Under the pieces are notes generated by a model, which worked only from the letters and a program-made list of their open reading frames with translations, was not told the origin of the DNA and ran no database searches. Position numbers and translations under genes: made by a program. A DNA stretch of 64,000 nucleotides. Origin: an uncultured Phycisphaerales bacterium. GTDB lineage: Bacteria; Planctomycetota; Phycisphaerae; Sedimentisphaerales; Anaerobacaceae. The stretch covers positions 224,001-288,000 of the forward strand of contig CAVYYI010000005.1 of assembly GCA_963772725.1 (NCBI GenBank), in the 5' to 3' direction. Below are positions 1-10,442 of the stretch, one piece after another (position 1 is the first letter of the stretch; each line of letters opens with the position of its first letter).

Positions 1-1866
1 TGGTCGGCAATTTCTTTTGCCTGCTGTTTATCCGCTTTCATGCCTTTTAGTTCAAGGGGGTCAGTATCCAGATTATAAATTGAAACCATATCGGTTGCCG
101 GGTCGTGGAAAATTTTTCGCATTCCCTGGACAAATCCGGTGGGTCCCTGTTGTATCCAGCAGGAAAAATATAATCTTCGGTCATCAGGGATATTTCCAAG
201 AGCATTAACGCCGTCGAAACCGGCGTTTTGAGTGTCGAATCCGAGCAGGGTCAGAAGTGTAGGTGTTAAATCGATGGAGCATACGGGTTTTACAATTCGC
301 GTCTGCGGTTTAATAAGTCCCGGCGCACGTATTATCCAGGGTACACGAAGGGCTTCGTCGAAGGGAATCCGCTCATGGGCGGACAAACCATGCTCGCCGA
401 AGGCCTCGCCGTGGTCGCTTATTACACAGAGAATCGTTCTGTCGGAAAGATTGAGTTTTTTGAGTTCCTTATCAACAGCGGCGATAAATTGGTCAGTGTA
501 TGCGATTGTCTGCCTGTACCGCTCGACATGTTCTTTTGCAGGGGTTCCAAACCATTTGGGAATCTCGTAAGTATCGTGAGTTACCGAACACATCATTGTT
601 ACGAAAAAAGGAGATTTATCTTTTTGTATCCATTGCAGAACATATTTTAACATTTGAAACTCGTCGGCGGCAAGGTAGCTTAAGTAAGCGTTGGGGTCTT
701 TGAGGTCTTCTCTTGCCCAGAATTTTTCAAAGCCGAGGTTGTAAGCCAGACCGGGGCAGCATTCAAATTCGCCTTTTGCAGACTGGAAAAAGGCGGTTCG
801 ATAGCCTAACTGGTTTTTCAGTATGGTGGCGATACCGGTGTAAGGTTTAACGGCAGGAACAGCCTCGCTGACATCCTCGTAAGCAGAAGGCAAATAACCG
901 GTCAGCATCGCGAATAGCGATTTTGTCGTATGAGTCAGGGATGAGCGGTTATCTTCAAACTCGTGCGCCCTGTTTAGCCAAATCCGCCATGAACGGCGTC
1001 AGATTTTTTTGTTTATCATAGAGCGATGTAAATCTGTACTGGACTCCCTCCAAAACAATCAAAACCACATTGTACGGCTGTACCGCTGGTTCCGAACGGC
1101 GAGGCAGAATCACTTTATCGAATTCGGGTATTATTCGCTGTGTATTTTCATGCGGAGGCTGAATTAATTCTTCGAGATTATCCTTAGTGAAGAAAATTGT
1201 AACAGCTCTTAACTGGCTGTTGTAGCACATTCCCTCAGAAGCTATCGGAGTGGAACCGGTTTGGGCGATTACGCTGCCGGCCAGAGCAGAGAAGAAAACA
1301 ATGGCGCACGAAATATATAGTTTACTCTTGAAGATTTTACGGTTGTATTTCGGTATTGGCGGGTTCATAAAAATAGAAACGGAAAATATTACAGCGGCCG
1401 TGCCTGAACCCACAAGAATTATCCCTGCAAGGGGAGTTTTTATCATGTTCAAAAAAACCATGGCGAGTATGTTGAGCGGCTCACGAATCAAAGGCAGAAA
1501 GACCGAAGGGAGAATCTGCGTTCCTGTTCTTACCATCCAGCCGGCATTAAAGAGTGACCAGAGCAGGACTATAACGGCAATTGCCATAGATGTTCGAAGC
1601 ACCCAGCGTTTGGGTTTGTAAAAACACGCGGTAGTCAGGATTATTTCAATACCCAGCAAAACCGCGATATCGGAGAGAATCCATCGCGGGTACTGGCTGA
1701 CAAGATGCATATTACAAGAGTTGATGAATTTGATAAGCAATGTGCAGAACAAGGCCGCGAATATAAGGTTACTACATGCTTTTGGTGCTAAAATATCGTA
1801 CAAGCGACGAAAGAATAACGACACCTTTTCCAAACACGCTTTATTTTCGAGTTTAGTCGTGGTCAT
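1..1866 (-). CDS. Membrane-anchored sulfatase / LTA-synthase family protein (frameshift near 960; runs off left edge)
   Basis: The ORF 955-1866 has ~5 TM segments followed by 'YNVVLIVLEG'. Another frame continues 'SSLTHTTKSLFAMLTG', and further downstream the minus strand reads 'SDHGEAFGEH...HERIPFDEALRVPWII', typical alkaline-phosphatase/sulfatase superfamily motifs. Confidence 0.75.
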
Positions 1867-1925
1867 TCGTGGTCAAAAACTCTTTCCCGCCAAGGCACAA
1901 AGGCGAACTGTCTTTTATGTTTTTC

Positions 1926-2852
1926 TCATTTTTTGGTGGGGTTGGTTAAGAAAGCCGACTTTTTAATTTGGCCAGCGTTTTGTTCCTTAAGCGAACTGAG
2001 CAAAGAATCAAGAGCTTTAGCTTTTTCAGCCTGCAATAACTGCTTTTTAAGCCGTTCTTTTACAAGCGGAAGGGGCGAGGCCGCGACCTTTTCATCAAGG
2101 CGTACAACCTCATAAGCGTCTTTGGAGACCTCGATAGGCCCGATTATATCACCGGTTTTCGCCGCCTTGAGAGCGTTATAGATAGCTTCACCAAACCGCA
2201 TTTCCACCGTAGAATCAGAGGCATTGGAAACTTTACCGTCTTTTTTAGAGTGGATGGAAGCCGGCATCTGTTTAGCGAGAGTCGCTATATCCTCGCCGGC
2301 TTTTATTTTTTCGAGGATTTTCTGCGCATCTGCCAAGGTAGCTGTTCTGATGTGCGTAAAAGTATAAGAACCCTGCTTCATTAGTTTTGGATCTTTTAAT
2401 TTGTTTTGCTCATAATACTCGATAACGTTAGCATCAGATATGTTAACGGCGTCTTGAACTTTTTCGCGAAGTTCTATTCCAAAAGCTCTTTTGGCAACCA
2501 TATCGGCTATAAATTTCCCTTTTGGCTCATCGGTAATACCCCGTTTTTTCGCCTCTTCGTAAAGCATTTCATTTTCGAGCCACCATTCCGCAAGTTTCAC
2601 CATTTCCTCTTTTGGCGCATTGGGTTTCATCCACTCGAGCTGTCGCATCGTCAATTTGCTGTCTCCAAGACTGACTACAATTTCATCGTTTGCGTCTATT
2701 GTTTGAACGGGAGATTTAGTTTCGACTTTTGCGGCTGGTTTAGCCTTATTATTATCATCCTTCGGAGAAGTTATAGTTTTGGTGGCTGAACAGGACAACA
2801 GTGTAAATAGCGTTGCGAGCAAAACAACTTTAAAAATAGTTTTGTAAAACAT
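1926..2852 (-). CDS. PpiC/parvulin-type peptidyl-prolyl isomerase (PrsA-like lipoprotein)
   Basis: Lipobox 'LLSC'; SurA-like N-domain 'MLYEEAKKRGIT'; rotamase domain 'HIRT...AQKILEKIKAGEDIATLAK'. Start moved to the ATG after an AAGGA RBS. Confidence 0.8.
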   Translation of the reverse strand: MFYKTIFKVVLLATLFTLLSCSATKTITSPKDDNNKAKPAAKVETKSPVQTIDANDEIVVSLGDSKLTMRQLEWMKPNAPKEEMVKLAEWWLENEMLYEEAKKRGITDEPKGKFIADMVAKRAFGIELREKVQDAVNISDANVIEYYEQNKLKDPKLMKQGSYTFTHIRTATLADAQKILEKIKAGEDIATLAKQMPASIHSKKDGKVSNASDSTVEMRFGEAIYNALKAAKTGDIIGPIEVSKDAYEVVRLDEKVAASPLPLVKERLKKQLLQAEKAKALDSLLSSLKEQNAGQIKKSAFLTNPTKK

Positions 2853-2981
2853 TTTTCTTTCCTTTCCTGAAAAAACCCAAAAAGATAATGGACTTTCGCC
2901 CCTATAAAATACCTCTCCAACCAAAAAAATGCAAGATTAGACTCTAAAAAAAGATTTGTTTTAATTCGCATGAATTCGTGG

Positions 2982-4214
2982 TTAAAAATTATTATTCTCT
3001 GTGAACTCTGCGATTAATGGTTCAGAAAGAGGCGGTGTGACAATTTGTTCTTTAGTGGATTGGCGGGCGATATTCAGCAAAACTCCGACGGCAAAAGCGG
3101 AAAAGAGCATACTTGTCCCTCCGGCGCTTACAAAAGGTAAAGGTATTCCTTTTGTGGGCAGTACCACGGTTACCACGCCGATATTGAGTGCCGCCTGGAT
3201 AGAAACAGCCATAACAATTCCAGCCGCCAAAAGCTGCCCGAATCGGTCCTTGCATCGCACAATGACCAGAATTCCGAGCAATGCGAACAGGATGAACAGC
3301 ATAATAATCAATGTTGTGCCGATAAGCCCCATTTCTTCGCCTATGATGGCGAAAATAAAATCTGTGGTGTCTTCAGGCAAATGGCCGTACTTGCAGATGC
3401 CCATGCCAAGCCCTTTTCCCAATATGCCGCCTGAGCCGAGTGCGATAAGGGACTGGTTTGCCTGGTAACTGGCTGACTCGGCGAATTGCTCCGGATTTAA
3501 AAAGGCCAGAATTCGCAGTCTCCTCGCATCGGAGTGTATTATCGCTAAAACAAAGGCTACAACTCCGAATGGAAGCGGCGCCAGCATATAGACCAGCCTT
3601 GCGCCGGCGATAATGAGAATAAGGAAAGACAGCAGGGCAACCAGGGCCGCGGTTCCGAAGTCTTCGATGAGAATCAGCCCCGCGACCAGGCCGACAATCA
3701 GGCATATTGATACGAATTTTTTGCCGAGGGAGCCAAGGTCGTCGTTAAATTTATCGCAAAATGCGGCTACAAAGAAAATGGTAATCCATTTGGCCATTTC
3801 CGAGGGCTGAAAACTGATGCTTACAGGTCCCGCGGGAATCCGCAGCCACCGTCGGGCGTAATTTACCTCTACCCCAAAGTGCGGAATTAAAACCATTATG
3901 AGTAGAATCACGCTGATGCCGAGCAGATACACGATGGGCGATTTTGCCCAGGTGTCGGCGAGGTGAAACTTTCGATAGTCCAGGCGCGAGAAAGCGTACA
4001 TAATCAGTACCGCCAGAGGGAAAAACAGGATTTGGCGCATGGCCGGTGAGCTGTAAAACTTACGCCAGCTAAGCTCCTGCGTAACGTTCACACCCGCAGA
4101 GAAGACGAAAATTGTACCGATAGCCATTAAGATGATGACCACCGCTGAAATATAGTCAGCGAGGTTTTCGTTTCTTATCTTCGGGGCCTCAATTTGCTTA
4201 AAAGGGTTTTTCAC
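2982..4214 (-). CDS. ftsW: SEDS family peptidoglycan polymerase FtsW
   Basis: Motifs 'ARRWL', 'FQPSEMAK', 'YQANQSLIALGSGG', 'LPEDTTDFIFAIIGEE', 'KGIPLPFVSAGG'. Confidence 0.9.
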   Translation of the reverse strand: MKNPFKQIEAPKIRNENLADYISAVVIILMAIGTIFVFSAGVNVTQELSWRKFYSSPAMRQILFFPLAVLIMYAFSRLDYRKFHLADTWAKSPIVYLLGISVILLIMVLIPHFGVEVNYARRWLRIPAGPVSISFQPSEMAKWITIFFVAAFCDKFNDDLGSLGKKFVSICLIVGLVAGLILIEDFGTAALVALLSFLILIIAGARLVYMLAPLPFGVVAFVLAIIHSDARRLRILAFLNPEQFAESASYQANQSLIALGSGGILGKGLGMGICKYGHLPEDTTDFIFAIIGEEMGLIGTTLIIMLFILFALLGILVIVRCKDRFGQLLAAGIVMAVSIQAALNIGVVTVVLPTKGIPLPFVSAGGTSMLFSAFAVGVLLNIARQSTKEQIVTPPLSEPLIAEFTENNNF

Positions 4215-4353
4215 GAATCAGTCCTTTATTCTGTATTATACATTTTCGGCCATAGCACCTGAAAAAGTAAAGAAGAAAGTGAGGCAAAGCCGGGAAAATC
4301 CGAAGCGCAAAGTACAAAACAAATTCCAAAGGCACAAAATTCAAATTTGGTTT

Positions 4354-4653
4354 TTACTTTATAATATTTAATTTACTTATAAGCATCTGGGATGAGATTC
4401 CGGAGATTTGAATCTGTTTGATGGGGCTGGTTTGGCCGGTGAGGATTTTGATGTCTTTCTTTTTGATGTTAAGCTGGTCGGCGAGAAACTCGACGAGGTT
4501 CTGGTTGGCTTTTCCCTTCTCCGGCGGGGCGGCGACTTTGACTTTCAGCATTCCGTCGAGGATGCCCGCGAGAGAGGTTCTGCTGCTGCCGGGAACGATT
4601 TTGGCGGTAAAAACCGCTGAGCCGTTAATATCCTGAACCATCAAATCAGACAT
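4354..4653 (-). CDS. DUF167 / YggU family protein
   Basis: 'KVKVAAPPEKGKANQNLVEFLA...GQTSPIK' is the YggU signature. Confidence 0.85.
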   Translation of the reverse strand: MSDLMVQDINGSAVFTAKIVPGSSRTSLAGILDGMLKVKVAAPPEKGKANQNLVEFLADQLNIKKKDIKILTGQTSPIKQIQISGISSQMLISKLNIIK

Positions 4654-4659
4654 AGGTTT

Positions 4660-4962
4660 TTATTCTGTTTTTTCCCTGAGGTTTGAGCCGACGGCCAACT
4701 GGACGTATTTTTCAATCTGCTCGGCGAGTTCGCCCAGTGTATCAAGCTGGAAATCCTCGTAATGACCCTGGATAAACTCACCACTGAGTGCCTTTTTGTA
4801 AATCCTAACCCTGATAATAGAGCTGTTGGAATCGCCTTTGCTGTAATCGTTGTCTTTATGCTCGGTCAGTTCCACCCGCCAGTCCTCGCTGATAAACACA
4901 AGGCACTTGCCGGTATAAACCGCGGTCGGAAAATAATCTCGCAATAATTTTAAGGTTTCCAT
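4660..4962 (-). CDS. Hypothetical protein (100 aa)
   Basis: Clean ATG-started ORF 6 bp upstream of the DUF167 gene; protein-like composition. Confidence 0.65.
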   Translation of the reverse strand: METLKLLRDYFPTAVYTGKCLVFISEDWRVELTEHKDNDYSKGDSNSSIIRVRIYKKALSGEFIQGHYEDFQLDTLGELAEQIEKYVQLAVGSNLREKTE

Positions 4963-5332
4963 AATTTTTAATCACGGATTACACAGATAACACCGTTTTT
5001 AATTGAAAATATTCTTATCACGGTTAGGTTATCAATTATTTTTTCAATAATCAATTAAAAACGCAGCGACAAATAAATCCGAGCCGCGACAGTGATGGAG
5101 CGGGTGAACCACAAATTTAATCCGTAGGCTATATATAGCGGTCATTTCAATAAAACTTTGGTTTCCGCGTGTAATATTTTCAGAAGTTCCTTTTTGTCCT
5201 CTTTGGAAAATTTTTTGTGTCTTTTTGCAGCTGATTTGCTTGGGTCTGGCGTCCTGCGTCTTGCGCCTTTTTTCTACCAACTACGAACTCCAAACCACCA
5301 ACTTTTCTTCTGTATTCTACCCCGAAGCAAGG

Positions 5333-5361
5333 TTGACAATGGCACCGATTGGCTTTACAAT
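5333..5361 (+). promoter_or_regulatory. Sigma70-type promoter of the rml operon
   Basis: TTGACA (5333-5338), 17-nt spacer, TACAAT (5356-5361); AGGAGG RBS precedes the ATG at 5405. Confidence 0.75.
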
Positions 5362-5404
5362 CTAACTAATTACTAATTAGAAGAAAAAGCTTTAGGAGGC
5401 GAAA

Positions 5405-6130
5405 ATGAAGTTAAGAGGCGTAGTACTTGCTGGCGGCACGGGGTCGCGACTTCGGCCGTTAACTAAGGTTACGAACAAGCATCTGCTGCCGGTGGGGCAA
5501 AAGCCGATGATTTATTATCCGATTGAAAAGCTGACGGGTATCGGAATCAGCGAAATTCTGATAGTAACGGGCGTTGAGCATATGGGCGACGTGGTCGGTC
5601 TGCTGGGTTCGGGTAAGGAATTCGGGTGCAAATTTACGTATAAGGTTCAGGATGAGGCCGGCGGAATCGCACAGGCGCTGTCTTTGGCGGATAATTTCGC
5701 CAATGGGCAAAGCGTCGCGGTAATTCTGGGCGACAATATATTCGAGGCAAATCTGAAAAGCTACGCCGATAAGTTTATGGAGCAGAAGGTCGGGGCGAAG
5801 CTGCTGATAAAGAAGGTTTCAGACCCACAGCGTTTCGGGGTGGCGGAAATTTCCGGCACGAGGGTCATAGGAATCGAAGAGAAGCCGAAAAATCCCAAAT
5901 CGCATTACGCGGTAACAGGCATATATTTTTATGACGGGGCGGTTTTCGATATAATTCGGACCCTGAAACCTTCGGCCCGCGGAGAATACGAAGTTACGGA
6001 CATAAACAACGCCTACATCGACAGGGGGCAGTTGACTTACGATATTCTGGAAGGCTGGTGGAGTGATGCCGGCACGTTTGAATCATTGAACAAGGTAAAT
6101 GAACTGGTTGCGAAGGAGCCGCCGAAATGA
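5405..6130 (+). CDS. rmlA: Glucose-1-phosphate thymidylyltransferase (short form)
   Basis: 'GVVLAGGTGSRLRPLT..NKHLLPV..KPMIYYP', 'EEKP', 'PSARGEYEVTD', 'WSDAGT'. Confidence 0.9.
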   Translation: MKLRGVVLAGGTGSRLRPLTKVTNKHLLPVGQKPMIYYPIEKLTGIGISEILIVTGVEHMGDVVGLLGSGKEFGCKFTYKVQDEAGGIAQALSLADNFANGQSVAVILGDNIFEANLKSYADKFMEQKVGAKLLIKKVSDPQRFGVAEISGTRVIGIEEKPKNPKSHYAVTGIYFYDGAVFDIIRTLKPSARGEYEVTDINNAYIDRGQLTYDILEGWWSDAGTFESLNKVNELVAKEPPK

Positions 6131-6654
6131 GCAAAGAGATTGCGAAACTTAAAACAGTATTTTCAGAGGGAAGCCTTATTATCTGGGGTTCGGGTTCGCT
6201 GATAGACGGTGTGGCGGTGCGATGCGGCAAGGTTTTGTCGGATGAGCGCGGCCGGTTGGGCGAGATTATGCGGGCGGACGACCCGTGGTTTAAGAAGTTC
6301 GGGCAGGTTTATTTTACGACGACTTATCCGGGGGTTGTAAAGGCGTGGCATTACCATAAAACGCAGACCGACCATTTTTACGTCATAAAAGGGACAGTGA
6401 AAGTCGCCCTTTATGATGACCGCAAGGATTCACCCACCTACGGCGTTATAAATCAGCTTTATCTGGGCGAGCATTGTCCGGGGCTTATACGGATTCCTCC
6501 CGGGGTGCAACACGGCTGGATGTGCGTCAGCGATACCGAGGCGTATATTGTGAATATCGTTTCGGAGATGTACGACTATAAACAGCCGGACGAGTTCCGC
6601 ACGCATCCGCACAATAATCACATTCCTTACGAGTGGACGCGGAAAGATGGGTAA
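6127..6654 (+). CDS. rmlC: dTDP-4-dehydrorhamnose 3,5-epimerase
   Basis: 'DERG', 'GVVKAWHYH', 'IPPGVQHG' cupin motifs; operon context. Confidence 0.9.
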   Translation: MSKEIAKLKTVFSEGSLIIWGSGSLIDGVAVRCGKVLSDERGRLGEIMRADDPWFKKFGQVYFTTTYPGVVKAWHYHKTQTDHFYVIKGTVKVALYDDRKDSPTYGVINQLYLGEHCPGLIRIPPGVQHGWMCVSDTEAYIVNIVSEMYDYKQPDEFRTHPHNNHIPYEWTRKDG

Positions 6655-7489
6655 AGAAAAGGTCGTAATACTGGGTGGAAAAGGAATGCTTGGGACGGAT
6701 TTGGCGGCGGCATGTGAGAATGGGGGCTATGATACCGTTGTTTTTGACCTGCCGGAATTCGATATTGCTAACCCGCAGCATTTGCGGGAGGCGTTGAAGA
6801 ATACCAAAACAGTTATTAACTGCGCGGCCTATACCAATGTTGAAAAAGCGGAGAGCGAGGCGGATTTAGCGTATAAGATTAATGCGCATGCGGTGGGGGT
6901 GCTGGGTGAAATCGCGAAAAAAAACGGCGTATGGGTTTTGCATATAAGCACCGATTTTGTTTTTGACGGCAGGAGCAACAAGCCCTACGTCGAGACGGAC
7001 AAGCCGAATCCGATAAATACTTATGGCGGGAGCAAACTGGCCGGCGAGGAGCTTTTAGTTGAAAGCGGCTGTTTAAACTGTATAATGCGTCTTGAGTGGA
7101 CGTACGGCTTAAAGGGTAATAATTTTGTCAGTAAGCTGATAGCGGCGGCGAAACAGCGGCCGGAGCTTAGCGTGGTCGATGACCAAAAAGGCTCACCGAC
7201 GGCAACGACTGAGGCGGCTGAGGCGATTTGCAAACTGCTGGAGAAAAAACCGCAGGGGCTTTTTCATTTTGCCGCGGGCGGTTATGTCAGCAGGTTCGGG
7301 ATGGCTGACTTTATTTTTGAAAAGCTAAATCTGCCGGTCAGACTGAAAAGCTGCAAAACCAGTGATTATCCCAGCGCCGCGGCAAGGCCTTTTAACAGTT
7401 GTTTTGACTGCGGGAAAATTACGGCGCTGCTTGGTGAGCCGATTGAAAACTGGCAGGAACCTTTGGAAAGATTTTTGAAACGATTTTAA
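6647..7489 (+). CDS. rmlD: dTDP-4-dehydrorhamnose reductase
   Basis: 'GGKGMLG', 'NCAAYTNVEKAE', 'HISTDFVFDG', 'YGGSKLAGE', 'DQKGSPT'. Confidence 0.92.
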   Translation: MGKEKVVILGGKGMLGTDLAAACENGGYDTVVFDLPEFDIANPQHLREALKNTKTVINCAAYTNVEKAESEADLAYKINAHAVGVLGEIAKKNGVWVLHISTDFVFDGRSNKPYVETDKPNPINTYGGSKLAGEELLVESGCLNCIMRLEWTYGLKGNNFVSKLIAAAKQRPELSVVDDQKGSPTATTEAAEAICKLLEKKPQGLFHFAAGGYVSRFGMADFIFEKLNLPVRLKSCKTSDYPSAAARPFNSCFDCGKITALLGEPIENWQEPLERFLKRF

Positions 7490-7493
7490 ACGC

Positions 7494-7579
7494 TGTCATT
7501 CCCGTGAAAGCGGGAATCCAGGAGGCGAGCTTTTGACGGATGACCAAAATTATGGATACCTGCTTTCGCAGGTATGACA
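7494..7579. repeat. REP-like palindromic element (GTCATTCCCG..CGGGAATCCA ... TGGATACCTGC..GCAGGTATGAC type)
   Basis: Two hairpins, ATTCCCG-TGAAAG-CGGGAAT and ATACCTGC-TTTC-GCAGGTAT, with outer TGTCAT/ATGACA complementarity, lying between rmlD and rmlB. Confidence 0.75.
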
Positions 7580-7592
7580 ATGAGGTTCGATT

Positions 7593-8609
7593 ATGAGAAA
7601 AATACTTGTAACAGGCGGTGCGGGATTTATCGGGAGCAATTTCATCCGGATGGTGCTTTCTGAGCAGCCGGACTGTTTTGTTGTTAATCTTGACAAATTA
7701 ACTTACGCTGGTAATCTCGAAAACCTCGAGGGATTTATGAACCATCCCAATCACAAGTTTGTCAAAGGCGACATTTGTGACGCCGGGCTGGTTGACAGGC
7801 TGATTGACGAATACAAGATTGACGCGATAATAAATTTCGCCGCGGAAAGTCATGTTGACCGCTCAATTACCGAGCCGAAAATTTTTATAACGACCAATGT
7901 TACCGGCACATTGACGCTGCTGGAAGCGGCACGGGATAAGAAACTTGAGCGATTCGTACAGATTTCGACCGACGAGGTTTACGGAACGCTGAGTTTAACA
8001 GAGGGCAAGTTCACCGAGAAGACGTCTTTGAGCCCGAATTCGCCGTATTCAGCCAGCAAGGCCGCCGCCGACCTTTTGGTCAGGGCATTCGGGCATACGT
8101 GGGGGCTGAGATACAATATCACGCGGTGTTCGAATAATTACGGGCAGTATCAGTTTCCGGAAAAGATGATTCCGCTGATGATAAATAACGCGTTGAACGA
8201 TAAGGCTCTGCCGGTATATGGCGACGGGATGCAGATTCGGGACTGGCTTTATGTTTATGACCATTGTACGGCTATCTGGGCGGTTCTGACAAAGGCCAGG
8301 CCCGGGGAGATTTACAATATCGGCGGGTGCAATGAGAAAACAAATCTCGAGGTAATCAGCCTGATACTCAAACAACTCGGTAAACCAGAATCACTTATTC
8401 AGCACGTTACCGACAGGCCTGGCCACGACAGGAGATATGCCATCGACGCGGATAAAATAATCAACGAGCTTAGCTGGAAGCCTTCGGTTACATTTGAGCA
8501 GGGTATTGTTAAGACGATACAATGGTACTTAGATAACAAGGTGTGGCTCAACAATGTTGTATCCGGCGAGTATCAGAAATATTATCAGGCGATGTACTTC
8601 AACCGCTGA
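7593..8609 (+). CDS. rmlB: dTDP-glucose 4,6-dehydratase
   Basis: 'VTGGAGFIGSNF', 'LTYAGN', 'AAESHVDRSI', 'STDEVYG', 'YSASKA', 'DRPGHDRRYA'. Confidence 0.95.
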   Translation: MRKILVTGGAGFIGSNFIRMVLSEQPDCFVVNLDKLTYAGNLENLEGFMNHPNHKFVKGDICDAGLVDRLIDEYKIDAIINFAAESHVDRSITEPKIFITTNVTGTLTLLEAARDKKLERFVQISTDEVYGTLSLTEGKFTEKTSLSPNSPYSASKAAADLLVRAFGHTWGLRYNITRCSNNYGQYQFPEKMIPLMINNALNDKALPVYGDGMQIRDWLYVYDHCTAIWAVLTKARPGEIYNIGGCNEKTNLEVISLILKQLGKPESLIQHVTDRPGHDRRYAIDADKIINELSWKPSVTFEQGIVKTIQWYLDNKVWLNNVVSGEYQKYYQAMYFNR

Positions 8610-8703
8610 AAAAGCAAAATGGAGTTTGCGTTGTGGCAGAACTGACAGGAAATAAGGCTTCGAAGCAGGTGCGAGAGATACTGGCGGACGGTTCACTGGA
8701 TAA

Positions 8704-9648
8704 ATGATGAGAAGAAACGGGAAATTAATAACCAATATCGTTTTTACAAAAAACAGGCCTTTGCAGCTTGAAGGATACCTGAGAAGTTTGTACACACATT
8801 TCCCGGAAGAAATCTTCAAAACTTTTATCCTCTACAAAAAAGAACTCTTCAGCAAGGAATACAAACAGCTCTTCAGCGAATTTCCGGGCTGCGTTGTGAT
8901 TGAGGAGAGCGATTTTTCAAAGGATTTTTTCAATATCGTCAAACATATCGATACCGAATACATGATGTTCGGAGTAGATGATGTTGTTTACTTCGATGGC
9001 GTTGATTTTGAGATAATTGATAGAACTTTCAAAGAACATTCCGTCAATATTTTTGGATTTTCTCTTCGCTTCGACAAAGAAATTCTTGGGGCAGGCGGCG
9101 ACATTATTACCGAAAATAATGTAAATGGTCAGGCTGTTTGCAGCATAGACTGGACTGATGGCAAAACTCCTAATAGCCGGTATCCGTTCGAGCTTTGTGC
9201 TACAATTTATAAAACCGAGCTCGTAAAAAAGATTCTGAAAGGTTCACGTGTAGATAATCCCATTACGGAGTTTCTTTTTGCTCCGTCATCGGCGATTGCT
9301 TTCTTTTTCGGCCTGCTTGGATTGAAACGGAAATTACTAAAGTCGCTGGGTTATTTTTACAGCCCGAATACGCTCGAATCGTGGAACTGCCGCTGGTGCC
9401 GAAAAAACAGCGGCAAATTGCCTCGGCGTCTTTCCTTTCAAAAGCATTGCGCAAGTGCGATACAGGTGAATCTTGTTAATACGTCAACGGCTAATGAAAG
9501 TGAAGGAACCGCCGAACAAACAGTAGAAACGCTTGCAGAAAAGTACAGACAGGGCTACCGGATAGATATAGAATCCCTGGAAAGTAACAGGCCAATGCAC
9601 ACTCATAGCGGTACAGAATTTTTCAGATTAAGTAAGAAAGATAATTAA
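8704..9648 (+). CDS. Putative glycosyltransferase-like protein (GT-A fold)
   Basis: 'IVFTKNRPLQL' start and 'FGVDD' DxD-like motif; lies inside the polysaccharide cluster. Confidence 0.55.
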   Translation: MMRRNGKLITNIVFTKNRPLQLEGYLRSLYTHFPEEIFKTFILYKKELFSKEYKQLFSEFPGCVVIEESDFSKDFFNIVKHIDTEYMMFGVDDVVYFDGVDFEIIDRTFKEHSVNIFGFSLRFDKEILGAGGDIITENNVNGQAVCSIDWTDGKTPNSRYPFELCATIYKTELVKKILKGSRVDNPITEFLFAPSSAIAFFFGLLGLKRKLLKSLGYFYSPNTLESWNCRWCRKNSGKLPRRLSFQKHCASAIQVNLVNTSTANESEGTAEQTVETLAEKYRQGYRIDIESLESNRPMHTHSGTEFFRLSKKDN

Positions 9649-10394
9649 TGTCACGTTTTTACAGCAGATGGAAAAAACCGTTGATGAGGTCGAAAATTCT
9701 TTCGGGTCTCTCTAAATACCCCGCATATTTTACTGACTGGTACCGCTACAGCAGGATGGAAGGTGCGGAAAAAATAAGGCTCTCGGATACATATCCGTGT
9801 CTTTTTGATAAAACCTCAACAACCGGCGTTGACAGTCATTACTTCTATCAGGGAATATGGGCATTTAAGAGGATTCTCGCAAATAAACCTTTGAAACATG
9901 TAGATGTAGGTTCGGATGTCGATTTTGTGGGTTATTTGAGCGCTATCACAGAAGTTGAATTTGTGGATATACGGCCGCTGACGGTATCCAACATCGGCAA
10001 TCTTGAATCAATCAAGGGCAGTATTCTCGAAATGCCCTTTGAGGATAATTCTGTTTCTTCGCTTTCCTGTCTTCACGTGGCGGAGCATATAGGTCTTGGC
10101 AGATATGGTGATCCTCTCGACCCATCAGGAACAAAAAAAGCCGCAAAAGAGTTAAGCAGGGTACTGGCCAAAGGCGGCAATCTTTATTTTTCTTTACCTA
10201 TCGGCAAGTCCAGAATCTGCTTTAATGCTCATCGAATACACAGCCCGCGGCAGATACTCGAATACTTCAGCGACCTTAAATTAGTAGAGTTATCTGGTTC
10301 GACAGATAATAAAGAATTTTTAGAAAATATCGATATTACAAAACTCGAAAATCAAAAATACGCATGTGCAATGTTCTGGTTTACTAAAGGGTAA
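9648..10394 (+). CDS. DUF268-type SAM-dependent methyltransferase-like protein
   Basis: 'HYFYQ..WA', 'HVDVGS', 'SLSCLHVAEHIGLGRYGDPLDP', 'FNAHR'. Confidence 0.8.
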   Translation: MSRFYSRWKKPLMRSKILSGLSKYPAYFTDWYRYSRMEGAEKIRLSDTYPCLFDKTSTTGVDSHYFYQGIWAFKRILANKPLKHVDVGSDVDFVGYLSAITEVEFVDIRPLTVSNIGNLESIKGSILEMPFEDNSVSSLSCLHVAEHIGLGRYGDPLDPSGTKKAAKELSRVLAKGGNLYFSLPIGKSRICFNAHRIHSPRQILEYFSDLKLVELSGSTDNKEFLENIDITKLENQKYACAMFWFTKG

Positions 10395-10442
10395 TAAAAA
10401 AAGTTTAAATTAATCAAGGTATCTTGCGGAATTAAAGACAAA